Shown: one piece after another, positions 42,941 through 54,790 of the stretch
Layout: every line of letters begins with the position of its first letter
Position numbering within the stretch: position 1 is the first letter of the stretch
Assembly: GCF_006345805.1 (NCBI RefSeq)
Contig: NC_042999.1
Location: 132,122,001 to 132,186,000, forward strand
Source of the DNA: Octopus sinensis
Taxonomy: Eukaryota
DNA length: 64,000 nucleotides
Direction: 5' to 3'
The notes under the pieces: generated by a model
Told to the model about the DNA's origin: nothing
Databases searched by the model: none
What the model saw: the letters and a program-made list of their open reading frames with translations, nothing else
Position numbers and translations under genes: made by a program

Positions 42941-43353
42941 CGTCGTCATATGTCTGGAAAGAAGTTAAGTTTATTCAAATTTTAAAAACGATATGTATGT
43001 ATGTATGCATACATGAGTGTATGTGTGTATGCGCGCGCGCGTGTGTGTGTGTACGTATTTGCAGGCTTGATCAAATGAGTTTAGTTTTCTATTCTTGACG
43101 GCAACAACTATTTTATGGCGAAAGAAGCAATATAGTGGAATAGGCTACATGGTTTCAGGTGGAAAGGGGCATCTTCAGCCACGTCTGAGAGAGAGAGAAA
43201 GAGAGAGAGAAAACAGACAAATAGAGAGAGAGGGGGAGGAGAGAGAGGAGAGACAGGCAGAGACAGAGAAAGAACGTGTTTTCTGGTAAAAGTCTAGGAA
43301 TGTGTAAAAGTACCTGCTATTGTTTCTATTGAGTTTTATTCTTTCTATTACAG

Positions 43354-43383
43354 TTTGTTAAAGATATTAAACTGCATCCATTG
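43354..43383 (+). other. Candidate 30-nt microexon
   Basis: ttttattctttctattacag|TTTGTTAAAGATATTAAACTGCATCCATTG|gtgagt; open in phases 0 and 2. Confidence 0.3.
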
Positions 43384-43703
43384 GTGAGTCCCTAGCTCAG
43401 GAGTTATGGGAAGTGTGGAGTTTACCTTTAATCTGCATTACTCCCCGATCCGCTCTGTCACGATGTGTCAAGGGCCCTGGTTACGTGTCAAAAAGCAGAA
43501 AATGTGAATTAGGTGTTTCCGAGAAAATATGTATTGAGTGTTTTGCTTTTAAACTGCCAGACTTAATCAGCCAAAAACTCGGAAGGGCCAGGCCCACATA
43601 CAAGTGTAATACAGGCCCAAGCAGTATGTAGACATGTCTTGATATTACGTAAATCAGCCCCCCCCCCAGCTTAACTGCTTGACTAACACTTTAATTTAAC
43701 AAC

Positions 43704-43810
43704 CGTCATATGATGAAAGGTAAAAATTGACTTGAACGTGATTCGAACTCAGGATATAAAAAGCTGTAACTAAATACCATTGAGCATTTTGCCCGACGCT
43801 CTGATAATTC
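43704..43810 (-). mobile_element. SINE family B, partial
   Basis: Reverse complement of head (tgataattctgcc; ttcgaactcagga). Confidence 0.55.
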
Positions 43811-44014
43811 TGCCAATCTATTAATCAGACCTATGGTCGCAAGTGTTCCAGCTGTAGCCAATCCGTCTTTTTGAATATCAAGAACTACATTGTTCAAAGC
43901 ACCTGCCTTAATTGAAGACGGAATCGTGCTGTAAGTCTGGTACTTGATGACAGATGGATGTAGAGTGATGTTGTGGAAAATAACTGTAAATTTGATTTTA
44001 ATGTAAGGTTAAGG

Positions 44015-44226
44015 CAAAGCGGTGAGCTGGCAGAATCGTCAGCACACCAGCCAAAATGCATCATTTCGTCCGTCTTTACATTCTAGGTTCATATTCCGCC
44101 GAGCTCGACTTCGCCTTTCATTCTATCGGGGCCGATTAAATAAGTACCAGTTGAACACTGGGGTCGATGCAATCAGCTTACTCCCTCCTCCGAACTTGCT
44201 AGCCTTGAGCCAAAATTTGGAACTAA
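44015..44226 (+). mobile_element. SINE family B copy
   Basis: ggcggtgagctggcagaatcgtcagcac...aagtaccagttgaacactggggtcgatgcaatc. Confidence 0.85.
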
Positions 44227-45746
44227 TATAAAGTTTATGTCAAATTCTTTGAACGTTTTTATAAAGATGTTCCGTAGCTTATCTGTGTTATGCCTATTCG
44301 CGTTTCAGAAGACTATGATACGACAAAGCTTTCTATGGACTTTATCATAGATGCTGAATCACTATTGTTTTATTACTATTGTCACTGGTGTATTCATGAT
44401 CCAAAACAAAAGCAGTTACTATATTTAACTTATTTATTTTTTAAAATTATTTTTCCAGTTGTTTAATACAAAATATAGTAATCTGTCTCTTTGTCTTTCT
44501 TCGTGTTGTTTCTAGAATGCAACATAAATTCTGTAGTTTTTAGCCATCTATCGGCAAACTTATAACCTAATGGTTTTTGACGTGGAACTTTCTTTTTAGA
44601 AATAGTCGTTTTCAGATCAGGCTGTCAATCATAAAAAAGTATGGAGTCTGAAAGCTATAAATAATCGTAGTGCGAGGAAAGAAATCAAAAGCACAAAGAT
44701 CGTTTCGGCTGTTTTTATTTCGTGAAATAACAGACAACTCGAATTTTATTTTCTTTTTCTCCTTCTGTTTCCTTTTCTGAATTTTTGCTTCGTGTTTGTT
44801 TGTTTTTATGATATTTTTTTAATTGTTATTATTCTATGAACAAATTCCATCAAAATATTATATATACATGTTGTAGAGTTGTAAGAATTTTGTTCAAGCA
44901 AATACAATAAATAAATAATAAAATTAAATGAACAAAATAAATGAATAAATAATTAGAAAATGAATAAACTTTAAGGGAAATATGTAATACTGACTTTCTC
45001 GTTTCCTCCACAAACTTTCAAGCCCCGCATGGACCTACTTTCGCAGCGACAAAATATGTAAGATGTGAGTCAGTATATTTATTTTATTTATCCATCCATC
45101 TGTCCATCCGTCCAACCGTCCATCTGTCCATTCATTCATTCATTCATAACTAACGTTGTGTTCAGTTTTGGATTTAGGCAAACTATAAACAAGCTATAGT
45201 TTAGGCCTTCACAATCCGCAAGGTCATCGAAATAAGGAAAAGGGATATATATTTTTAAGTATTGTACGACTTTCTGGTGGAAGTTTTAACAAGATGTCAC
45301 TAAGCCTTATATATATATATATATATACAAATTGAGATAGGGGTTGTATATGCAACCCTCCATGGGATAACATATATCCAATATACTGCTAGTGAAGTAC
45401 CCAACAAGGTTAATACATAAATGTTAAGGATTGCGATGCAATCAATTCATTTACTGTATTATATGGGCAAAGGTAAAATGTTTTACCACAAATTCATAAT
45501 ACAAAATAAGAAAATGGAGAAATACATCTAAATCAAATATCAATTACCAGATAATACTCAATCACATACTTTATTAAACCACCACATAAGAAACTATAGG
45601 GTTAAACATAAAAAAGTAGAGCAAAACAGTGTACATAAAGGAGTATACATAAAAAAAGTGTACATAAAAGAGTAATGTTATACAATAAGTAGAATATATA
45701 TAAGAGAATATAAATATAAGTAAATATGAATATAAATATAGATTAC

Positions 45747-45873
45747 ATCTTACAGCTGTTTCGGCCATGTAGATAAATATGTCTCATTTTACTCACATTA
45801 GCCTTTTATGGTAGGTCAATGTGTAGTTATAAATGAGACATTTACAAAAATATCATAAGGCCTCTTCGGAGAT
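45747..45873 (-). ncRNA. Minimal type-I hammerhead ribozyme motif (U4C variant) with palindromic stem III
   Basis: Minus strand: atct-CCGAAGA-ggcc..ggcc-GAAAC-AGCT-GTA-agat; ACAGCTGT is self-complementary. Confidence 0.7.
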
Positions 45874-46444
45874 TATGTGATATAAATCAGTCTATATATA
45901 TACCCATATGGGTGCGGGTATATACCCACAATACATCATATACATATACATATGAGTGCATATACTCACACTCCTATACATATAAATACATACATATACA
46001 TAATGATATAAATAATATAAATTAGTAAACATATGTTCTATACTCAATGTTACAATTTTTCAACCTAATATTGTGATAATAAACATACACATATTAATAC
46101 TGTGATAATAAACATACACATATTAATACCTAAATGCAGATATACAGAGTCAATAGTACATTATATTAATTCCTACTAATTTCTAAAGTGTCATTAAAGT
46201 TAGCATCATTATCATTGTCAATACTATTAATGCTACCAATATCATCATTCATATTATTATTAATAACGCTAATATTAGAAAAGACAATTTATATATTCCA
46301 TTATTAGCAATATAGTCACAATAGTACTACAATACCATGTAAAGTGTTAAATATCCGCATATACATACGAAGTATGAAGTACAAACATTCTGTTTACACT
46401 ACGTAAGGATCCATAGTTGCACATATGTACGTCCGGACGTACAT

Positions 46445-46545
46445 ATAACCTGCAATTGTAAAAATACACTCGACTGCCCTTTGAAAGAAAACCATCTTGA
46501 TAAAAACATTATTTACAGATATAAAAATAGGATCACATGCGGTCG
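46445..46545 (+). pseudogene. Penelope-like GIY-YIG endonuclease N-terminal remnant
   Basis: TCNCKNTLDCPLKENHLDKNIIY matches the PLE CNC...CPL.G.CL..NVIY linker. Confidence 0.6.
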
Positions 46546-47459
46546 TATCGTGTAGGGAATACAATCGCACGCGATCCCATTCTTAATGAAATATTACAGA
46601 CCACATAATACATACAGCGGCAATAGAACACAAGTGGAATGACAACAAGATTTCTTTTTGAGATAATTACATTATTTATTTTACATATTTTACAATCATG
46701 TTGGTTGGAAGTTTGTAAGTGTTAGCATGTTTTTGTGTCTGTGTGTTCGTGAGGCATAAAAGGTACTGACCAGAGAAATAACAATGGAATTTGGTTCACA
46801 GTTCATGTTGTTGGTATCAGCCTAGCAACAGGTAGTAGCAGATGGCTTAAGGTAGTTCTTAGAAGAACTAGAACTCAAGACAGATAATTGATTTACCGTT
46901 TATGAGGTACACGGAGTGTAAGAGTTCCATATCAAGATGTTGCGTCTCGTAGTTGAGATTAATTGAATCACTTGTGTTTTATCTTTCTCCTGATATGAAT
47001 ATACTTCCAGATATATTAACTGTAGCCGTTTTTCCCGTGGTGAGTTTTTCACCTAACCGCTATAGTTGAATCAGTAGTTGTCTTGTGTACAAATTAAACC
47101 TTCGTAGATAGAGACGATGTTTGGCGATGAGTTGTGTCTATCGCTTGGTTTTTGCTGCGTCTTCATTATATGTTCTGCTTGGTTATTTTTCTCTAGTTAT
47201 AGATATCCTGTAACCGTTCTTTTCGTGGTGATATTTTCACACTAACAGTATGAGAGGAATCTGTAACATCTTGTATACAAGCTAAATCTTCGTGGATAGT
47301 TATGCTTGGTGATCGCCTGCCTTTCGAACCGGAACATAGTTGGTATGCTCTGTCTGGTCAGAGGTCCGCCCTGAAAAGGACTGTAACCTAAGACGAGCTC
47401 TGTGGTCAGAGGTTAGTCCTGAGAAGGACTAGAACCAAAGAGGGATATTTGTCTGAGAA

Positions 47460-47620
47460 CACTTCTTTATATAAGGTTTATGTGGCTCAAAACGCACTTC
47501 AGAAATGGAAAGCTGTGATTGGCTGCTTGGAACAAATGGCGCGAAAATAAGCGGAGGCAAATCGCGTCATATGACAACCAGCGGTGCGAACGTAGTAGAG
47601 ACCACGTGTCAGCCAATCAG
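47460..47620 (-). promoter_or_regulatory. Pol II promoter-like cluster (CCAAT x2, E-box, E2F, TATA)
   Basis: Along the minus strand: ATTGG (47613-47617), CACGTG (47603-47608), TTTTCGCGCC (47538-47547), CCAAT (47518-47522), CTTATATAAA (47466-47475). Confidence 0.5.
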
Positions 47621-47769
47621 ATTAGTGTTTACAACAATGTTAAACTAGCCGAAGATGTTTGTAATCTCGAACGAGATTATTCTTAATACTCTTCTCAAAC
47701 AGTGAAGATAGCAATGAGGGAACGATATTGCTACACAGATATCAAGTGATTACCAGAACAACTACGGCC

Positions 47770-47970
47770 AACAATTTTAAGAAATGCTTTTACACACATA
47801 CTCACTCGTTCAAAAACCCTAAATTGGCTTACTCAACCTCACTGGCCGATCATGTCTGGCAGTTTAAAAGCAAAACACCCAATACATATTACAACGGAAC
47901 AGTGAAATTTGCGATCCCGTACACGGGAGAACAAGAACCATGCAGACTGTGCAGCCAAGAACCAACTCAA
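47770..47970 (+). pseudogene. Penelope-like GIY-YIG endonuclease C-terminal remnant
   Basis: FKKCFYTHTHSFKNPKLAYSTSLADHVWQFK..PY..PCRLC matches PLE FKxRxxxHxxSF..T.L..HIW.LK..C.LC. Confidence 0.75.
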
Positions 47971-48424
47971 ACAAAATTAACTTATCAACAATTGCAAACC
48001 ACAAGATTCTTAGAATATTAAGCTCTCTTATACGCGGACATCGAATCTATCTTAACCTTAATCATTGGAACCAGATTCTCTAGATCTATATGCTACAGTT
48101 GATTCCTACTAGTAACTTACCCACTTCTCACCTTAACCATCTGATAATTTAGTCTTTCTCCTATTTGAACGTCTGTTACTCTCTTTCTTGTTCTGATGGC
48201 CATATTCCTTCATATCTATATCAGTGTATCCCTGTGCATGTACTTATTTATGTATGCATATATATATTGGTATGTATCTATGTATGTTTATATATTATTA
48301 TATTTCTAAGTATCTATATGTGTGAGTACGTAGCTTCATATATGTGCGTGTGTATGTATATATGTGTCTGTATATTTATGTATATTTATGTGTATATGTG
48401 CATGCAAATGTATATATGCGTGTG

Positions 48425-48503
<79 letters not shown>

Positions 48504-48807
48504 ATACATACATACATACATATACATACATATATGCATAGATATCTATATGTATGTCTCTATATAAGTTTTTACGCATCCACATATATATGTTTGTGCG
48601 TGTGTATGTGCGAGTGTTTGTGTGCGCGTGTGTGTGTGTGCGTGCGTGTGTGCACGCGCATATGTGTTTGTATCTATATACTCTATATATTCGTATGAAT
48701 TTTTGTACGATGGTTTATATATCTATATAGGTCTATATTCGTATATTGTATCTATGTAGTTATATTTGAGTCCATATGTGTATATATATATATATATTAT
48801 ATATATA

Positions 48808-48838
<31 letters not shown>

Positions 48839-48926
48839 AAGAGACATACATACATACATACATACATACATACATGCATACATGCATACATACATACATA
48901 CATACATACATACACACATACATACA

Positions 48927-48961
<35 letters not shown>

Positions 48962-49714
48962 GTAACAGTTTTGATTTGTTAGGTACACAATATTGTGAAA
49001 TGTCGGTGGAGGCAGTGGTAACGATAATAATTTGTGGTTATTATTGCATGTTGTAAGATGTAAATGATAGACAATATATGAAGTTGTAAGAAAGTATTTA
49101 TTTACCGTTACGTTACAATACCTTGCCTCGACGGACGGTTATAATTAATCCAAAAGCATGCGAAAGTTAAGTTAGATGTGGAAGAATTTTTTGTGCTTGG
49201 TTTGGCATACACAAATTGTTAGTAGTAATTGTTGAGACAGATAGATAAGTGTGTAAGAGAACAGAATTCGAGCCAGTGAGAGTGAGAGTGAGAGAGTGTG
49301 GGACGTTGTCTGACAGTAAACTTCATTTCTCCCTCTGATCAAGGTTGGTCAGCCAGACCTCGTTGAGTCGTCACGGTGTGACTGACTGCATGAGTCGTCA
49401 CCCGGCTGGCGACTAACTGATTTTTGCTTGGGATGTGCTTGCTTATATTAAGATCCAGAAGGATAGATATATCATTGAGAACAATAGATTTAGTTGGTGG
49501 TCTTGTTATCTATTCTAGCTTTTGGTGAAGTAGAAGAGGTTAGAAAGGGTCAAGTAGTGAAGACATTAATTGCGGCCAAGCTAAAAGGCATCTGGAAAAT
49601 GTAAAAACTGCTGTCGGAGAAAAACCATTGTTCCGTCGTGGGAACAGTTCTGTAGCAGTGTTGATTTAAATTTGACTATGGTGGATCGAATCCACTTCAT
49701 ACATGCAAGATTCG

Positions 49715-49786
<72 letters not shown>

Positions 49787-49798
49787 TACATACATACA

Positions 49799-49834
<36 letters not shown>

Positions 49835-49933
49835 TATCATACTATATAGAATACGTTGTCTGTGTGTTTATCGTCTATGCACGGCCAAACCTCTGGATCA
49901 ATTTGTATTATACTTGGGGTACATGAATAATTT

Positions 49934-50910
49934 GGATCTTTTCTTTTTGAAGGCCAGATTTTCCTAGTTAACTAAAAAATTTGAAACTTCGTATACTGAT
50001 AGAATGTGTCAAAAGAAAACATTATTGTAAATAAAATTGAAAACAAAATTGTAATTTGTAACTTAAACGTAGTTTAATTTTTACGAATTTTAACCAATGA
50101 AATCCCAACATCTTCGAATATTAACCAATGAAATCCCAACATTGCTGCGTTATCGATATTGATAAAGAAATATAGCAGACGCACGACACACGCGACACAC
50201 ACACACATTTGCACAAGCACATAGTAATTAATATATAAGCGTACACACACATACAAACGGACATATACATACACACACATACGCACACAAGCAAAAATAC
50301 ACGTTGTGTTTTGCCACTTGCCGCAACAAATTTACACAGAAGGTGGGGGGGGCAATGTTTCATCGTTTCGGGGTCGATAAATTAAGTACCAATTACGCAC
50401 TGGTGTCGAGGATTTTTTTGCCAATTTATATCACAGCTTCCGACAAGCTGGGGGCATCCTTTTATGGAGAAATATTTCGCAAATTTTTACAATACGACTC
50501 ACACTCCACGCGCAAACTCGAGACCGATGTAGGCATATTATTGTTTTGTTTTTGTTGTTTCTGGCCCTTCAAAACCATGGGAGAAGCCTTTTCAGTAAAA
50601 AAAAATAAAGAAAATATTCAAAAAATATCGTTAATATTTTTATTGGGCGACGAAATTAATCGATTTAAGAGATATAGCTGTTATTTCTAGCACATGTAGA
50701 AGACAGAAGAAGAGGTAAATAATTTAAGCTCGAATGCTGCGATTTCATTGGTTAAAATTCTTAAAATTAAACTACGTTTAAGTTACAAATTACAATTTTG
50801 TTTTCAATTTTGTTTACAATAATGTTTTCTTTTGACACATTCTACCAGTATACGAAGTTTCAAATTGTTTAGTTAACTAGGAAAATCTGGCCTTCAAAAA
50901 GAAAAGATCT
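49934..50910. mobile_element. GGATC-ended long-TIR MITE
   Basis: Near-palindromic; exact 8-bp TSD aataattt (49926-49933, 50911-50918); central microsatellite and SINE fragment. Confidence 0.88.
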
Positions 50911-51209
50911 AATAATTTGACCTGGGAAGTAATAATACCGTCTTGACTTTTTTTTTTTTTTTTTGAAAATAAGTAATAGTTTTATATATATAATAAAGAT
51001 TCACATCTTCAAACCATTTTGTCAATGTCAACTTCCGTGTCTGGCGACACTAATATAACTAAGTAACCAGTTATTTACACACATGTATACATCATTACAG
51101 TTGTGACGATTTCTGATAAATTAGAATTTCTAAAGTTAATTTCATTTTTTACATTCTTCTCCAGCTTTCTATTTGTGTATCTGTGCATTCAGGTTCGTTT
51201 CTGTAAAAA

Positions 51210-51384
51210 TTTTCCAATATCAAATGGGGTGCTTCATATATAAGATATATTTATGTGTGTGTAAATACATTCTACTCGGAGATAGACGCCGCTGTTTCAT
51301 ATGTTGTAAAAAAAACTTTCCAATGTCAACAGGTCTGCTTCATATATAAGATATATATATATATATATATATAATATATATATA

Positions 51385-51417
<33 letters not shown>

Positions 51418-51690
51418 ATGTGTGTGTAAATATATTCTACACGGATATAGCTGCCTCTTTTTCATATGTCAGTAGATCTGTTACGAGATATATTAATGCG
51501 AGTGTGTGCGTGAAAATACATTGAATATGGAGATAGACGCTTTCTTTTTCAAATGTCAGCAGGTCTGTTTCATATATATGATATTTATTATTGTGTGTGA
51601 GTTTGTGTGTGTGTAAATAGATTCCATACGGATATAGAGGCCTTTTTTTTCATATGCGAACAGGTTTGTTTTATATATATAAGACATATA
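51210..51690. repeat. Degenerate minisatellite, ~85-130-bp units, about 5 copies
   Basis: Recurring tttcatatgtcarcaggtctg..catatataagat..gtgtgtgtaaata.attcta..cgga.atag. Confidence 0.75.
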
Positions 51691-51694
51691 TTTG

Positions 51695-53035
51695 TCTTAC
51701 TATATAAAATACGTTGTTTGTGTTTGTGTCCTCAATGCACAAAATCAACTGGGATCTCTTGCAGCTGTTGCCAGGACAAGAACAGTCTTTCAAATCCCTC
51801 GACACTATCATTGGTCAGGACCAGGTTGTAGTTTCTCCAACTGAGTTCCTGAACTCTCTACAGCCATCTAGGATGCCACCTCACCACTTAACACTTAAAA
51901 AGGAGGCCCCAATCATGCTGCTCAGGAACCTGGATCCACCTCGTCTGTGCAATGGCACCAGACTGATGGTGAAAGTGATACGACCCTATGCCCTAGAGGA
52001 AACAATCATGACTGGGAACTTATAAGGGTGAAGATGTCTTCATTCCACGGATCCCTTAATCCCATATGACCTCCCCTTTGAATCTAAACAGTTCCAGTTC
52101 CCAGTGAAACTAAGTTTCCCTATGTCAATAAACAAATCTCTAGGACAGTCTCTCAAAGTTGTTGGACTTCACCTTGCTTCTCCTTGTACTTACTTGTACT
52201 TGTGGCGACATTCACCCTGGGTGGGTTGAGTCGGCTTCTTCCACCACCCTCGAGGCATCTCGAACCATGGCAGTGGAAGAAGTTTCGTGGGAATATGAAT
52301 TTCACAAGCGGTCCCCAACAATCCCGCATGTAGAGACATCCTGTTTGCCGCAGATTGTCCGCAGACGCAGGGACAGAACGACTGAGGAGCCGCCGGTTGC
52401 CGAAACAGACACTGCCGGGTTGTAGCCCTAATACCACTCGGTGTCAGACCAATCCGCTTTGGGTGGCCCTACCAGGAACCGACACTACCCATTGACACTA
52501 CCCATTGCCAGCGTCCCCACTACGGTGAGGAGGGGATGGACTTTGGGGGCGCTTCTCCATGCTTCTCTCATGGGCGATTATATGTAGGATGTTCGCGAGT
52601 TGAAAGCCCCCAAAATCATTTCATTTATACACCAATTAAAGGACACATTCAAAACATTGTATATTTAGAAGCTCTAGATAATAAACTGTGATTGATTTCT
52701 GGATTTGTTTCAATACATTTGTTTATACTCACGTCACCTGATAGAATATTTGTTAAATGTATCTATTAATAGCTCAAATTTATGCATTTTCAGGGTCAAC
52801 GTGTTTCAAATAAGTACTGACAATTGAAGGTGATTGCAAAGACAAAGAACTACCTGCTTTTTTTTAAACAATTTTAACTGTGAGACAAAACATCTTATTG
52901 ATATATACAGTTGGTACCTCAGCTAATAACTGTTGAGAACTGTATAAACCATGTTTCATTTTACTAAGAGATTTAAACGGCATGCTTAAATTTCATTATC
53001 GTCAATAACCTGGGAAACGCCGGGTTATCAACGTA
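51695..53035 (+). mobile_element. Internally deleted Helitron retaining the helicase C-terminus
   Basis: 5' TCttactatataaaa fused to LPGQEQSFKSLD..FLNSL..PPH.LTLK..PIMLLRNLDPPRLCNGTRL..SINKS.GQSL..FSHGRLYVGCSRV; 3' hairpin cctgggaaacgccggg (53009-53024). Confidence 0.85.
52187..52550 (-). mobile_element. 364-bp retroposon insertion (RTE-like 3' end) in the Helitron helicase
   Basis: TSD gcttctccttg (52176-52186) / gcttctccatg (52551-52561); (TACT)n-like tail at the left end; removing it restores HLASPCFSHGRLYV. Confidence 0.7.
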
Positions 53036-53371
53036 TAAAGATGGTTATCTCAGCTACTAGGAGGTGAGACCTGCGCAGTCTATGTCTCATGTTAAAGATC
53101 TAAAAGGCAATATAAGTTTCATTATTTTCTTTAACCCGAAAATTTCTGCTAGTACATATATATACATATAAATATATGCCGATGCACATAGCTATGTTTT
53201 TTACTTATCTATTTATTTATCTTACATGCATAACTATACATTTGTGTATATGCATCTATGTGTATGTCTTTGTATATATCTATATGCGTGTCTCTATGTA
53301 TGAGCGTCTGTATACATACGTGTGTATATATTGGTGCGTATATCCGTGTGTTTATGTATATATGTACCCGC

Positions 53372-53432
<61 letters not shown>

Positions 53433-53450
53433 TATGTATATATATATGTA

Positions 53451-53670
<220 letters not shown>

Positions 53671-53674
53671 GTGG

Positions 53675-53734
53675 TTTTAGCAGATGATTTCATTGTTCAA
53701 TTAAATGGAGTTGCTTGAAACGATCGTACTGCAA
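53675..53734 (+). ncRNA. Degenerate hammerhead motif of the 8931 family
   Basis: ttttag-CAGATGA...GAAAC-GATC-GTA-ctgcaa; the downstream sequence resembles that of the 8931 copy. Confidence 0.4.
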
Positions 53735-53879
53735 TACCTCTGGATATCCTTGTTGCTTATTTTGATCTTAATCACCTTATTTTGAAATTATATGGATAAT
53801 ACCGTACTAAATTCTGGTGCCTCGACTTAAGTACCATATTCATCTGAATCTATATATATTTATATACATGCATGTATGT

Positions 53880-53951
<72 letters not shown>

Positions 53952-54031
53952 AATGTATGTGTGTTTTTTCCAGTGTTTATGTATGTATGTATAAAGAGGT
54001 AAAAAGAGCTCAATTCCAGCATGTAATTTTT

Positions 54032-54542
54032 CTTTACCTGTTTCAGTCATTCGACTGTGGTCATGCTTGTGCACCACCTTGAAGGGATTTTGATCGAACA
54101 AATCGACTCCAGGGCTGTTTTCTAAAATCCTGGTACTTATACTATCAGTTGTTTTGCCGAATCGCTCAGTCACAGGGACATAAACACACCAACACTAGTT
54201 TTCAAGAGGTGGTGGTGGGGCAAACACTGATACAAAGGCACACACACAAATAGATATATACATACATATATATACATATATATAAGGTGGCGTGCTGGCA
54301 GAAACGTTAGCGCGCCGGGCGAAATACTTAGCGGTATTTCGTCTACTGTTACGTTCTGAGTTCAAATTCCGCCGAGGTAGTCTTTCATCCTTTCGGGTCG
54401 ATAAATAAAGTACCAGTTTCGCACTGGGATCGGTGAAATCGACTTAATCCCTTTGTCTGTCCTTGTTTGTCCCCTCTATGTTTAGCCCCTTGTGGGTAGT
54501 AAAGAAATATATATATACATATATACATATAAATATACATAC

Positions 54543-54607
<65 letters not shown>

Positions 54608-54790
54608 CATATATATATGTATGCATGTATATATACATATACGTTGGGCTTCTTTCAGTTTCCTTCTACCAAATCCACTTACAAGGCTTTGATTAGCCCT
54701 AGTTTATAGTAGAAGACACTTGCCAGATGTGCCATTGAATCCTGAAATATGTGGTTGGGAAGCAAGCTTATTACCACACAGCCATGCCTG
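54032..54790 (-). mobile_element. SINE family A split by a family B SINE (54285-54500, + strand) inserted in its central microsatellite
   Basis: 3' half at 54032-54245, 5' half at 54642-54790, family B copy in between. Confidence 0.7.

Noticed and set aside
42449-42968. Plus-strand ORFs that look like host exons
   Set aside because: They are antisense to a mariner transposase remnant on the minus strand.
47695-47740. gtgaaga + tagcaat/attgcta hairpin next to a GIY-YIG remnant
   Set aside because: C3 and GAAAC are absent; possible HHR relic only.
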